Shown: one piece after another, positions 37,967 to 50,156 of the stretch
Numbering within the stretch: position 1 is the stretch's first letter
Layout: every line of letters starts with the position of its first letter
Source of the DNA: Felis catus
Taxonomy: Eukaryota
Reading direction: 5' to 3'
Assembly (NCBI RefSeq): GCF_018350175.1
Contig: NC_058368.1
Coordinates: 98,396,001-98,460,000, forward strand
DNA: 64,000 bases
Made by a program: the position numbers and the translations under genes
The notes under the pieces: generated by a model
What the model was told of the DNA's origin: nothing
What the model saw: only the letters and a program-made list of their open reading frames with translations
Databases searched by the model: none

Positions 37967-38477
37967 TATGGTAATAATATTTTTAAAAGCCAGCCAACTA
38001 ATTTAGATCTTTTAATAACAAGAAAGTTTATCCATCCATTGAGAAAATAAAGTTCATTTGAAAAAAAACCTCAAAGGATGTTAACAATGTCTTTCTGCAG
38101 CATTGGAGATTTCTTTCTAGCAAAGAACTAATTTTTTAAAAATCTACCATACTAAAATCAGAGAGAAGATATTGTCTCTTGTATTCTCTTAAGTTGTTTT
38201 TTTGTGTGTGTCTTTTTCTTCAATGAAAAATATTTTAATTCTTTCTCCAAGAACATTCCTGGTTTCTCAAGGTGACCTCCTTTTTTCAAAACTTCATCTG
38301 ATTTTTCTCATGGAAAACTTACCTACCTAACTTCAAGTAACAGCAATTTTTCATATTTAAATGAAAATACGAAAACACACTTTAAGAGGATCTTCAAGTT
38401 GGTGAGAGCCCATGTTTGCATGTAGAGTGTGCTATATCATGCCTTGATAGGTGCATCATGCTGGAATTAGACATGAT

Positions 38478-38685
38478 TTTTTTTAGTGTTGATTTATTTA
38501 TTGTAAGAGAGAGTGGGTACATGAATGGGGTGGGGCAGAGTGAGAGTGAGAAAGAGAATCTTAAGGAGACTCCACGCTGTCAGTGCAGAGCCTAATGTGG
38601 GGTTGGATCCCATAAACCATGAGATCATGACCCGAGCCAAAATCAAGAGTTGGTTGCTTAACTGACTGAGTCACCTAAGTGCCCC
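38478..38685 (-). mobile_element. Can-SINE (older)
   Basis: TSD gacatgattt. Confidence 0.92.
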
Positions 38686-38899
38686 ATGGGAATGGACATG
38701 ATTTGTACATTACCTTTGTAATTTCACTAAGGCTTTCTAAAAACATGTCTTAATAAAAAGTTTCTCTATGGTCAACTTTTGAAGTTTTGCTTTCTCCACT
38801 TCACTATTTAGCCCAGGTGTCTCAGCTTCTTCGTCCAACTCTCATGGCATCCAAAGCATTCTACTTCTCTGCTTTAGGGCCACCAATTCTGGTTGTGTT

Positions 38900-39280
38900 G
38901 CCTCAATGCTTGCAGTTGATTACTACCAACATTCAGCCTATCCCCTCTCAATTACATGTCCCTGCCTCCTTTGCAGTTAGATGTGCCAGGATGACTGAGT
39001 TCCGGCCAAGTGAATGTGAACAAATTAACTTGATTCACTTCCTGGGCAGGCTCTTCCATATGATCCTCTGTATCCTTCCCTTTTCCTGTGGCGACACTGG
39101 AAGCTTTATCTTGAAAACAGGAGAACCCTATACAGAGGAGCCGGAATCTCTGAATCACTAATAGAAAGCCACTTTTCCTAAAGCCCATGTGGACTATGTA
39201 GTCTTGAGAAATAATCTGTCATTTAATGTAGATGAGATATGAGAATTTCACAGGTGTATTTACACTTGCCACTAATCCTC
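38900..39280 (+). mobile_element. Old MaLR LTR (MLT1I/J-like)
   Basis: tacatgtccctgcctcctttgcagttagatgtg...gactgagttccggccaagtgaatgtga. Confidence 0.7.
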
Positions 39281-40180
39281 AACTTCTTGTCACCTCTCAA
39301 AATCCACCAATCTCCAATTGCATATTTTGTCCCTTAATAAAAGATAAGTATTAAAGAATTAGTTGCATAAACTATTCTGTAATAAAGAGAATACAGCTAT
39401 CTTGTTAGAACACTTTCCTGGATCGAGAAAACTTCCTTCTCTTTTTCAGTTTCTAATTAATTAATTGGCTTTTGATAAGACTTTCAGAATGCTGGGAGAT
39501 AAAAATCTGGCAAAGGGAGTTTTTCAAGAAGTCCCTATTTTTCTTTATCCTAATCATTTTAAATGATACTCACATCTTACTCAGCTTTCTGCTTAATGGG
39601 ATTTTGCATATCTGAGTCCTACCCTCAAGATTTGTCATGGGTAGACACATGTTGTGATAATAAAAGAAGAAGAAAATTCTAATCTGTTTTATACCATTTG
39701 TGAGGAATTAAATATGGGTGGTGCCAACATCCAGTCAGAACTCATGACTCTGTTAGAGGTGTGTTCAGTGGGCAAATGATTTTTCATTTGCTGTTTCCGT
39801 CACTGTTATTTGTTTAATTTTTAGGAAAGCTGTAAAATAGCAACAGGCCATAACATGTGAGCAGAATTTTATTCTAAGAATTCTGTAGCATTCCATATTG
39901 CATTTATTGCAACTTGTGTAAATTCTTTCTTTAGAGAATAAATGCAGATTTTAGTAAAACTTGCCTCTAGTCATAACTTAGTTTTGCATTTTTTTCACCA
40001 GGCAGAGAAAAGTATCAAATTTATGGTCACTGTCAGAAGGATTCAGGCCTCTGAAACATAATCTCTTTGAGGATCTACTAGAATTACTAGCATCCTGTTA
40101 ATATTCTACAAAAGAAAGTCCACTAGTCTAATTAAAATGGGCTTGATCATTTAAAAACATTTTATTTTTCAAAAGGAAAT

Positions 40181-40363
40181 TGTATTAGGATCCTCTAGGG
40201 AAACAGAACCAGCATATATGTATGTATAGAGATACAAGTATGATTTATTATAAGGAATTGGCTGATATGTTTATGGAGGCTGAGAAGTGCCAAGATCTGC
40301 AGTAGGCCAGCTGGAGACCGAGGAGAGGCAGTGATGTAGTCCTGTGTGAGCCTGAAGGCCTGA
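40181..40363 (-). mobile_element. MLT2B-like ERVL LTR fragment
   Basis: tgtattagg...gaaacagaacca...gatttattataaggaattggct...atggaggctgagaagt...ctggagacc; truncated. Confidence 0.85.
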
Positions 40364-40406
40364 AATGATCACCCCAATACATTTAGTTAAAATCCATCAC
40401 TGTAGT

Positions 40407-40628
40407 GGGTGCCTGGCTGACTCAGTTGGTTAAGCGTCAGACTCTTGGTTTCGGCTCAGGTCACGATCTCATGGTTTCATGGGTTCCAGCCCTGCATCAG
40501 GCTCTTCATGGGCATCGTAGAGCCTGCTTGGGATTCTCTCTCCCTCTCTCTCTCTCTGTTCCTTCCCTGCTCACACTGTCTCTGTCTCTCTCAAGTAAAT
40601 AAATAAACTTTAAAAATATTTTAAAAAT
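40407..40628 (+). mobile_element. Can-SINE nested in L1
   Basis: Degenerate TSD aaaatccatcactg/aaaatctgtcgctg. Confidence 0.93.
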
Positions 40629-41281
40629 CTGTCGCTGCACTTGATAAAACATTTTGTTTTCTGGTTATGAGAACTTTTAAGATCTACTCTTTTAACAACT
40701 TTCAAATATATGATACAGTATTTCTTAGCGATAGCTACCATGCTGTACATTATATCCCAGGGATTTACTTATAACTGGAAGTTTGTGCCTTCATTCATTC
40801 TTCACCCTGCCCCACAACCACCATTATATTCTCCATACTTACAAATTGTTTTGTTTTGTTTTAATGATTCCACATGTAAGTGTGACCACACAGTATTTGT
40901 CTTTCTCTGTCTTAATTCTCTCTGTCTCCATCCAGGTTGTCACAAATGGCAGGAGTTTCTTCTCTTTTATGGATGAATGACACTCCTTGTATATATGTAC
41001 CACATTTTCTTATTCATTTATCTGTTTATAGACACTTAGGTTTTCATGTCTTGGCTGCAGTGAACTTGGGAGCACATTTATCTTTTCAAGATAGTGACTT
41101 TATTTCTTGAAGATAAATTTGCAGAAGTGGAATTACTGGAGCATAGGGTGTTCTATTTTTAATTTTTTGAGGAAACTCCATACTGTTTTCCTCAGTGCCT
41201 GTACCAATTTACATTCCCATCAACAGTGCATGAGGGTTTTCTTTTCTCCACATCCTCATGAACACTTGTTATTTCTTGTCT

Positions 41282-41307
41282 GTTTTTACAATGTTTATTT
41301 ATTTATT

Positions 41308-41355
<48 letters not shown>

Positions 41356-41540
41356 CACGTGCGCACCAGTGGGGGAGGGGCATAAAGAGAGAGGGAGACA
41401 CAGAATCCAAAGCAGGCTCCAGGCTCCCAGCTGTCAGCACAGAGCCTGACACGGGGCCTGAACTCATGAGACCTGAGTTCATGAGACCATGACCTGAGCT
41501 GAAGTCAGAAGCTTAACCAACTGAGCCACCCAGGTGCCCC
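41282..41540 (-). mobile_element. Can-SINE nested in L1
   Basis: Long (GA)n; TSD atttcttgtct. Confidence 0.94.
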
Positions 41541-41816
41541 ATTTCTTGTCTTTTTGATGATACTCATTCTAGTAGATATGCACTGATACTTCCTTGTGGT
41601 TTTGATTTTCAGTATCCTGATAATTTGTGATGTTAAGCATCTTTTCATGTTCCTGCTGGCCATTTGTATATCTTCTTTGACAATCTACTTTAAAAAAAAA
41701 ACATCAATCTCTTTTTATTATGGACAGTTTTATAAGTGGAAGATGGTACTTTAGGATACTTTACATTTGCACTTCGATTTTCTTTAAAGTTAATTCAATC
41801 ATGCTCTTAAGTTTAA

Positions 41817-42034
41817 TTTTTTTTTTTTTTATGTTTGCTTATTTTTGAGAGAGAGAGAGAGAGACAGAGCGTGAGAAGGGGAGGGGCAGAGAGAGGGAGA
41901 CACAGAATCCGAAGCAGGCTGCAGGCTCTGAGCTGTCAGCACAGAGCTCGATGCGGGGCTTGAACGCACAAGCCATGAAATCATGACTTGAGCTGAAGTT
42001 GGACGCTTAACCAACTGAGCCACCCAGGCACCCC
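41817..42034 (-). mobile_element. Can-SINE
   Basis: TSD atcatgctcttaagttta/atcatgctcctaagttta. Confidence 0.95.
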
Positions 42035-42459
42035 TATCATGCTCCTAAGTTTAAAAACCAAGTCTTCATATTTTTCTGTCAACTGTTCATATAATTTGCA
42101 AACTTAAAAAATGGAATCACATGCCCCTTTCATGTTATTTTTGAAGTGCTCTCTCTATATACCTGAATTTACTCCATGTCTGGATTATGGATTGAACTAT
42201 ACTTTCTAAGGTTGTTGTTTGTCTCTGACTTTACTCAGTGGAACTTGCCATGTACAAGAGTATTTTTATTGAATTGAACTTTCATCTTTCTCACATTTCT
42301 GGGTTTTTACTCCCTTGAGGATTTCATAAAAAATGTTGACACGCACCCAGTGAAATATATATTACTTTCCTTGCTCTTATGTGGCATAGTATGGCCATAT
42401 TACCGAATACTTGTCAATAAAACATAATTATGATGCTTGCCTTGAAGGAATTAACTCAC

Positions 42460-42620
42460 AGGGCCTCCTTGCCTTTCACCTTTTTATTTATTCCTTCCAT
42501 CTGGAATGTAGACATGCTGGCAGGAGCTTCTAGTAGTCCTCTTGAACCCGGAGATGATCTGGAGAATGGAAGTTATTTGTTAAATATGATTGAGCCAAAA
42601 GTTGGGATAAGCCTAAATTC
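42460..42620 (+). mobile_element. Old LTR fragment (MLT1K/LTR33-like)
   Basis: ccttccatctggaatgtagacatgctggcaggagct...ggagaatggaag. Confidence 0.55.
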
Positions 42621-42624
42621 TTTT

Positions 42625-42988
42625 TTTTTTAATATTATTTTTAAATTTTTTTTTAAATTTACATCCAATAGTAGCACTATCGACAATAGCCAAAGTATGG
42701 AAAGAGCCCAAATGTCCATCGATGGATGAATGGATATAGAAGATGTGGTATATATATATATAATGGAGTATTACTCAGCAATCAAAAAGAATGAAATCTT
42801 GCCATTTGCAACTATGTGGACTGAACTGGAAGGTATTATGCTAAGTTAAATTAGAGAAAGACAAAAATCATATGACTTCACTGATATGAGGACTTTAAGA
42901 GAAAAAACAGATGAACATAAGGGAAAGGAAACAAAAAATATATAAAAACAAGGAGGGGGACAAAACAGAAGAGATTCATAAATATGGA
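42625..42988 (-). mobile_element. Carnivore L1 insertion with twin-priming 5' inversion
   Basis: Poly-T plus antisense terminus tttacatccaa, then plus-oriented L1 ORF2 end/3'UTR 42669-42988; 16-bp TSD aagcctaaattctttt. Confidence 0.93.
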
Positions 42989-43179
42989 AAGCCTAAATTC
43001 TTTTATACCTACCCACTCACCCACTATATGCATATATGCAAGTTCCCTTAGGCTTGGGTTTCCCCATATTCTAAAGAATTTATTTAAAAAAAGACAAAAG
43101 CAGAGACAACACCCATGAAAATCTCAGCAAAATTTCCCTTGTGGACACTTAAATGGGTTTCATTGAGGAAAGCTTTGGA

Positions 43180-43860
43180 GTCCTCTGTTTTCATGGCCTG
43201 CCAGTCTCCCCATGCATAATTTCTGGCTCACTATTTCAGAACTAGAGGCAGGAACAATGAACGACCACCTGCTTCTCTAGAACAGACATCTGCTTTATGA
43301 GCAAAGCATTGAGTGTGGCAGGGGCCTCTGCTCCTTCTGGCTTTCCTTTCCAAGCTTGGAACCTCTGCCCTGTGACCCAGCTGGGGTGATGGTAATCTGG
43401 TACTCAGCATTCTTGGGATGCGTTTTCTCTATGAATGGAGGCTGGGTGTAGGAGGGAACCTCCAAACTCTCAACTGTTCTTTCTTGGAATTAAGCCTTTA
43501 CAACACAGAGCTGGGAGGAAGGCTGAGAAATGCTGGTGATCTTCTCATTCTGGGGATAGACCTCAGACCTTGACTGGGAGCTGGGAAGAGAGAGGGCTTC
43601 GTCTTCTTGGCCCCACGCAACACAGCGAAACTTGTCATGCTGACATGGGGCAGGGCCTAAAATGCCCTGGCCCAAGTGCCACAGAATCATACTGTTCTTA
43701 CAGAGATTTAATAGATGTTCTCAGTAAATGTTTCTTAATTTTCTGCGTGTCCTTAGGACAGTTTCCTGAGATTAAATGGTTGTTTGTTTGTTTTTAAATA
43801 ATTTTCACCAGCTATGTTTCACTGGGGACAGGATCTGCACAACTCATGCAGGCATTCAAA
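43180..43860 (-). mobile_element. Ancient L1 5' region (L1MD/L1M4-like)
   Basis: ctgttcttacagagatttaatagat...aataattttcaccagct...ggggacaggat resembles an old L1 5'UTR in antisense. Confidence 0.55.
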
Positions 43861-44007
43861 AGTTGTCTGTTTTCATCTTTTGTTCTTAATATTTCAATTT
43901 TACATAATTTTATTCACTTTCCTAAATACGTTCCCTATGTGTCTTACTGCTTTTTGAGGAATATTCATTTTCTTTGTATTCTTTTAATTTTCCCTTTAAT
44001 AATTTTT

Positions 44008-44231
44008 TCTTTCATTTTTTTCTTTTAATGTTTGTTTATTTTTGATAGAGGGAGAGAGGCAGAGTGCAAGCAGGGCTGTGGCAGAGAGAGAGGGAGACAC
44101 AGAATCTGAAACAGGCTCCAGGTTCCAAGCTGTCAGCACAGAACTCAATGTGGGGCTCGAACTCACAAACTGTGAGATCATGACCTGAGCTGAAGTCAGA
44201 TGCTTAACTGACAGAGCCACCCAGGCACCCC
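44008..44231 (-). mobile_element. Can-SINE
   Basis: TSD taataattttt. Confidence 0.94.
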
Positions 44232-45126
44232 TCTAATAATTTTTTTTCTACTTCATTCTAGGCTTTCTTAGCTCATATGTCATTTTCTTCATAGATTTTT
44301 TTTTTTTTACTCATCATATAGATGACTAATGAAGTAAGTTACTTTTTAATAATTTTCATGGTGAAATATTTGATCTAGGATTTTACCTATTTCTTGACTG
44401 CATTTTCTCATCAATATATTCTGCCGTTTTGTTTGGTTGGTTTTTCTGTCCAGTTTTCTTGTGTTATTTTTATAGACATCTTAATATGGCATGTACTTTT
44501 TTTTTAATTTCTCATTTGTGATGGAGCACAATTTTGTCTCAATTTTTGGCCTGTGGTTTATAGGTAGGAGGAATCGAGGTCATGTATTGGTCTTGAAGGA
44601 ATTTTCTTCACAACCTACTTTTGCGTGAGCTCCTTTAATTTTCACTGTCTCACCAATGAAATTAAGAGACCTGTGGGAACTTAAACAGTGAAAAGTTTCT
44701 CTTCTCCCTCAGTGCCTCAGAGAGAGAATGCTTCCTGCAAGTATGGCATTTCTGGAGAATTTCTCGTCTTTGTCTCTTAGAACAAAATTCATTGTAGAAA
44801 ATGCCCTGTGGCCAACTGGTACATTCTCTTCCTTCAGGGAAGTTCATTTTACTCCTCAGAGTATGCACTTCACCTTTAAGAAAAGTACTCTCTGGCCTTT
44901 TCTGTGATCTGAAACCACAGATTTGTCTCTCTGCTCCCACTCGTCCTACCCCTACTCAATACTCAGTGACTTTGTGTAACCATAACACCTATTTCCTTCT
45001 TTGTGATTTAAAAAAAATTATTAATCGTATCAAAATAAAGTTAATTTGTATTTCTCATTCTCTTCATTGTTTTTGTATGATGCTCAGGAATAGACAAAAA
45101 TGTCTACTGTCTTCAAACATGAACCA

Positions 45127-45127
45127 T

Positions 45128-45162
<35 letters not shown>

Positions 45163-45364
45163 TTAATGTTTATTTATTCTTGAGAGAGAGAGAGAGAGCA
45201 TGAGAAGGGGAGGGGCAGACCGAGAGAGGGACACAGAATCCGAAGCAGGCTACAGGCTCTGAGCTGTCAGCACAGAGCCTGATGCGGGGCTCGAACTCAC
45301 AAGCCGTGAGATCATGACCTGAGCTAAAGTCAGACGTTTAACCGACGGAGCCACCCAGGCGCCC
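45127..45364 (-). mobile_element. Can-SINE
   Basis: (TTTA)n tail; TSD aacatgaac. Confidence 0.95.
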
Positions 45365-46094
45365 TGAACATGAACTTTTAAAGATTGTTATGAAGTGATA
45401 CTAACGATGAGGCTCCATGCGTGTTTGTTAAGCATATATGGCTAGACAGGTAATGGAGATCTCCCTTTCTGGGAAGACCCCATTTTTACATGTAGAAAAG
45501 TTCAGACCCCTCTGCCAGTCTCTTTCCACCCTCTCTCCATTTTCCCCCTACACAGTGTTAATATATTTTAGTCACAGATGGCAATACAGTTGAAATGATT
45601 GTTCTGCCACAGCTCATTGGTAGCTTTTTAATTAAAGATACAGGCATGTAAGCACACTGTTAGACCAGGGAATATTTCTGTGTTTGCACTAACAGAACAA
45701 TAAAACATTTTACGCACACTGCTGAGAGCTGCGGTAGTTGGATTATACAGCTCCTCTTGCTTTTAATATTTAAGTTTATTCAGTCTCTCTGTGTCCCTCT
45801 CTTTCCATTTCCCTTTCTTTCACTTACTCTCCTTCCATCCATCTCCTGTAAAGGTTCTCAGAGACAACCTACTAGTTTAGATCAGCTCTTAGGAATACTA
45901 CCAGATACCAACGTTAGCTGGTTTAGCTCCTGCCAGGCCATCTCTCACATGTGAACATCAGTAGAGAATCAAAACATCATCTGTGCAGACATAAAAAAAA
46001 ATATTCGTCTTAGGTACACAGATTAATATCAAATCACAGCTTATAAGTGAAATAGCTCTATCTGTAAAGGCTATATATTATATAATTAAAATTC

Positions 46095-46344
46095 GGGGCG
46101 CCTGGGTGGCGCAGTCGGTTAAGCGTCCGACTTCAGCCAGGTCACGATCTCGCGGTCCGGGAGTTTGAGCCCCGAGTCAGGCTTTGGGCTGATGGCTGGG
46201 AGCCTGGAGCCTGTTTCCGATTCTGTGTCTCCCTCTCTCTCTGCCCCTCCCCCGTTCATGCTCTGTCTCTCTCTGTCCCAAAAATAAATAAAAAACTTTG
46301 AAAAAAAAATTAAAATAAAATAAAATAAAATAAAATAAAATAAA
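46095..46344 (+). mobile_element. Young Felis-type Can-SINE
   Basis: ggggcgcctgggtggcgcagtcgg...cagccaggtcacgatctcgcgg; (AAAAT)n tail. Confidence 0.96.
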
Positions 46345-46582
46345 ATTATATGACATTCCAGACAAGGCAAATAGATATATTTAAATGATCTGTGATTACC
46401 AGAGGCTTGGAGAGAATGTTGAATGGGTGATGCTCAGAGGATTTTTCAGGGTGGTGAAATTATTTTGTGTGATACTGTAATGATGGATACATGACATTAT
46501 GCATTTGTCAAAACCCATAGAACTTTATAGTATAAAGAGTGAACCTTAATGTATGCAAATTAGAAAAAAGTCCTTTAGGAGA

Positions 46583-46790
46583 GGGGTGCCTGAGTAGCTC
46601 ACTTGGTTGAGTGTCCAACTCTTGATTTCGGCTCAGGTCATGATCCCAGGATGGTGGAATCGAGCCCCAGGTTGGGCTCCACACTGAGCACAGAGCCTGC
46701 TGGGGATTCGCTCTCACCCTCCCTCTCTTCCTCTGGTCCTCCCTCCTCTATCTCTCTCAAATAAAATAAAATGAAAAAAAATATTTTAAA
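46583..46790 (+). mobile_element. Can-SINE (older)
   Basis: TSD aagtcctttaggag/aaatcccttaggag. Confidence 0.92.
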
Positions 46791-48088
46791 AATCCCTTAG
46801 GAGGTCAGGGGATCCCAGGAGAGGACACCAACAAGAAACTCTGTGTTACAAATATATAAAACAACCTCCCTAAGGGATATGGTAGAAAAGGTGCTGATCT
46901 AAGCAACTTTGGAAATGAGTGCAGTCTGTAAGATGAAAGGCAAACAAACCTATACATAAACCCATATCCTCGCTGATAAAGCTTCCCCGTGGGGGTATGC
47001 CTAAACAGTTTAGGTATAATTTTATATGTATAATGGAGTTAAACAATTAAGTAAATGTTTGATGAAGAATGGAGCCAGGTTTCTCACTCTTGGACTGGAA
47101 GGTAAGAGATAAAACGTGGAGGGAATTAGAATGATCTATGTGGTAAGGGAATACAGTTAGAAACATCAGTATGAAGTCAACAATATGTATATACTAATGG
47201 TGACACACAGAAACCTTTATAGATACACGCATATACATGAGTTAGTATACACATACCAATTTCTGGAAACAACAATACCCCAGTATTAATGAGCACAATT
47301 AGATCCCCAGCCTGGCTTTCTAATACCTTTCCCAATAAAAGGTTCCAGGACCTTTTGGAAAATTGCCGCTTGTAAGACTGGGGCAAGAAATAGACAAGAT
47401 ACGCCAGGAACATCTTTTAGTGCCAGAAAGAAGGAAGTACTTAAATTCAAAGCTGAACATTCTGCATAAAATGTGAAAAGAGTTCCACAATTATGTTTGC
47501 CAAGGACATATTTTCACACTTGGAAGAAAGATGTTCATAATGATTGAACATGAACCAGTGTTCTCCTATTGCATTGTATCCCTTTGTAAAAATGGGGAAA
47601 ATACACCTCTGGGTGTAAAAAATTATGACACAATTCTGAAAATGTTAAATGTATTAGGGGTTTTTCTAATTAAGAAGTTGTAATCTCTTCCTCGATTTCA
47701 CTGACATTTCTCTCCTGTAATTCTTATTGTTTTCTTCTTGATATTTCCCCTATCTCCTTGTGAGGCTATTAAAGGCATAAAAAGCATGTATTTCCTTCCT
47801 GGCTAGTTGGGCACAATGACCCTGGAAAAAAGAAAGACCTTCTCTCTGCAGACTCAGGCTAAGCCAAGAAACTGTAAGCTCTAGATTTTCACCATCTTGT
47901 AGGTGAGGACATAGAACTATTCCCCAAATGTAATACAGCTGGTGCTCACTAAAATTTTCAGAGGAGAGAAAGCCAATAGTCCCACTGTGCAGCTGAAGGG
48001 CTGGGTGTCCACCATTTTTGAGACAATGTGTTAGTGTGGCTAGGAAGAGAGTATTTATGTCGATTACTGCTATAAAATCATTTCCTTA

Positions 48089-48921
48089 GAAAACATGAAT
48101 AGACACTTCTCTAAAGAAGACATCCGGATGGCCAACAGGCACATGAAAAGATGTTCAGCGTCGCTCCTTATCAGGGAAATACAAATCAAAACCACACTCA
48201 GGTATCACCTCACGCCAGTCAGAGTGGCCAAAATGAACAAACCAGGAGACTATAGATGCTGGAGAGGATGTGGAGAAACGGGAACCCTCTTGCACTGTTG
48301 GTGGGAATGCAAATTGGTGCAGCCGCTCTGGAAAGCAGTGTGGAGGTTCCTCAGAAAATTAAAAATAGACCTACCCTATGACCCAGCAATAGCACTGCTA
48401 GGAATTTATCCAAGGGATACAGGAGTACTGATGCATAGGGGCACTTGTACCCCAATGTTCATAGCAGCACTCTCAACAATAGCCAAATTATGGAAAGAGC
48501 CTAAATGTCCATCAACTGATGAATGGATAAAGAAATTGTGGTTTATATACACAATGGAATATTACATGGCAATGAGAAAAAATGAAATATGGCCTTTTGT
48601 AGCAACGTGGATGGAACTGGAGAGTGTGATGCTAAGTGAAATAAGCCATACAGAGAAAGACAGATACCATATGGTCTCACTCTTATGTGGATCCTGAGAA
48701 ACTTAACAGGAACCCATGGGGGAGGGGAAGGAAAAAAAAAAAAGAGGTTAGAGTGGGAGAGAGCCAAAGCATAAGAGACTGTTAAAAACTGAGAACAAAC
48801 TGAGGGTTGATGGGGGGGTGGGAGGGAGGAGAGGGTGGGTGATGGGTATTGAGGAGGGCACCTTTTGGGATGAGCACTGGGTGTTGTATGGAAACCAATT
48901 TGTCAATAAATTTCATATAAA
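48089..48921 (+). mobile_element. Young 5'-truncated feline L1 (L1_Fc-like)
   Basis: Uninterrupted ORF2 C-terminus, G-rich 3'UTR, aataaa; perfect 15-bp TSD aaaatcatttcctta (48074-48088, 48922-48936). Confidence 0.97.
48095..48697 (+). pseudogene. L1 ORF2 C-terminal 200 aa (cysteine-rich CCHC domain), promoterless fragment
   Basis: [10 protein letters not shown]...[18 protein letters not shown]...[13 protein letters not shown] is canonical L1 ORF2; lacks EN/RT domains and 5'UTR. Confidence 0.95.
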
Positions 48922-49292
48922 AAAATCATTTCCTTAAGAAAGCTGAAGAAAGATACACTTAGAGAAGAAAAAGGTGAGGGAACAATTGCTAAATATGAGG
49001 GGTTTTTTGAGGGAAGTAATGCAGAAGTCGTCTTTTTTCACAAAGTGTAATGAAATTTAAACCTATTCTCACAGTATGGGACTAAAGATAGAGACTGCTG
49101 AGTAAGAGACAGACCTTAGCAAGGAGCAGCTGCAACACCAAAAAAAAAAAAAAAAAAAAAAAAGTCCTGCTAAGGCCATTCTTGGGTGATGAGGAATTGG
49201 AAGCAGAATATATTGGGGGTGGCTCACCAGAGGATTTGAGAGGATTTGAGCATGTCTACCCAGTGTTGAATGTAGTATGAAGGTTGAGAAAT

Positions 49293-49494
49293 CTTTTTTA
49301 ATGTTTATTTGTTTTGATAGAGATCGAGAGTGAGCAGGAGAGAGGCATAGGGAGAGGGAGACAGAGAACCCGAAGCAGGCTCCAGGCTCTGAGCTGTCAG
49401 CACAGAGCCCAACACGGGGCTTGAACTCATGAGCCTTGAAATCATGACCTGAGCTGAAGTCAAGCACTTAACCCACTGAGCCACCCAGGTGCCC
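49293..49494 (-). mobile_element. Can-SINE
   Basis: Ends gagccacccaggtgccc. Confidence 0.93.
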
Positions 49495-49964
49495 AGAGAA
49501 ACTGGCCATTTAATACCCTTTAACTATAAGAAGAATCTCTCCAATTTTATGAGGCATTCGAAGAAAAGACAAAAGAATTTACATTTATGTCAGGCTATTT
49601 ATCAGTTTTTGTGGGATATGACTAATACTGTTGCATAGTCCCCACTCTCTTTGTAGGAAGCGTTGTGGTAACTTGACAATAGGTATTGTTCATGTTTGTG
49701 CAGACTATCCATTAGAAAAACCTCAAATACCTAATTAATAGTTAAGACCTTTTAAATATATTAGTCTCTTCCCAAATTCTCTTTATAATGATTCTCTAAT
49801 AATTAATTTCTGTGGCTGTGATTAAATTATTACTGAAAATCAGGGATAATTTAGAAATTACAAATAAACAGGAAGTAGACCCTTCGCTGCAAAGAATAAA
49901 TGAGGGGATGTAGGCAGCCTTCATTGTCCTGATAGGTAAAATCTCTTCTAGATCTTAAAAAAAA

Positions 49965-50156
49965 ATTTTTTTTTTATTTAACATTTTTTTGTTTATTTTT
50001 GAGAGACAGAGCATGAGCAGGAGAGAGAGAGAGGGAGACACAGTATCGGAAGTAGGCTCTGGCACAGAGCCTGATGTGGGGCTGGAACCCACGAGCCATG
50101 AGATCATGACCTGAGCCAAAACTGGACGCTTAGCTGACTGAGACACTCAGGCACCC
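49965..50156 (-). mobile_element. Can-SINE with internal deletions
   Basis: Ends actcaggcaccc; body shortened. Confidence 0.9.

Larger units (their letters stand above)
40364..41690 (-). mobile_element. L1 (L1MA9/L1_Carn-like) 3' fragment with nested SINEs
   Basis: gagaacttttaagatctactct, catgctgtacattatatcccag, tttttgaggaaactccatactgttttc, accaatttacattcccatcaacagtg. Confidence 0.88.
46040..47445 (+). mobile_element. L1MC/L1MD-type 3'UTR fragment with nested SINEs
   Basis: gatactgtaatgatggatacatgacattatgcatttgtcaaaacccatagaact; ggttccaggaccttttggaaaa. Confidence 0.8.

Noticed and set aside
48095..48697. 200-aa ORF as a functional host gene
   Set aside because: It is the 3' end of L1 ORF2 inside a TSD-flanked truncated insertion, with no promoter
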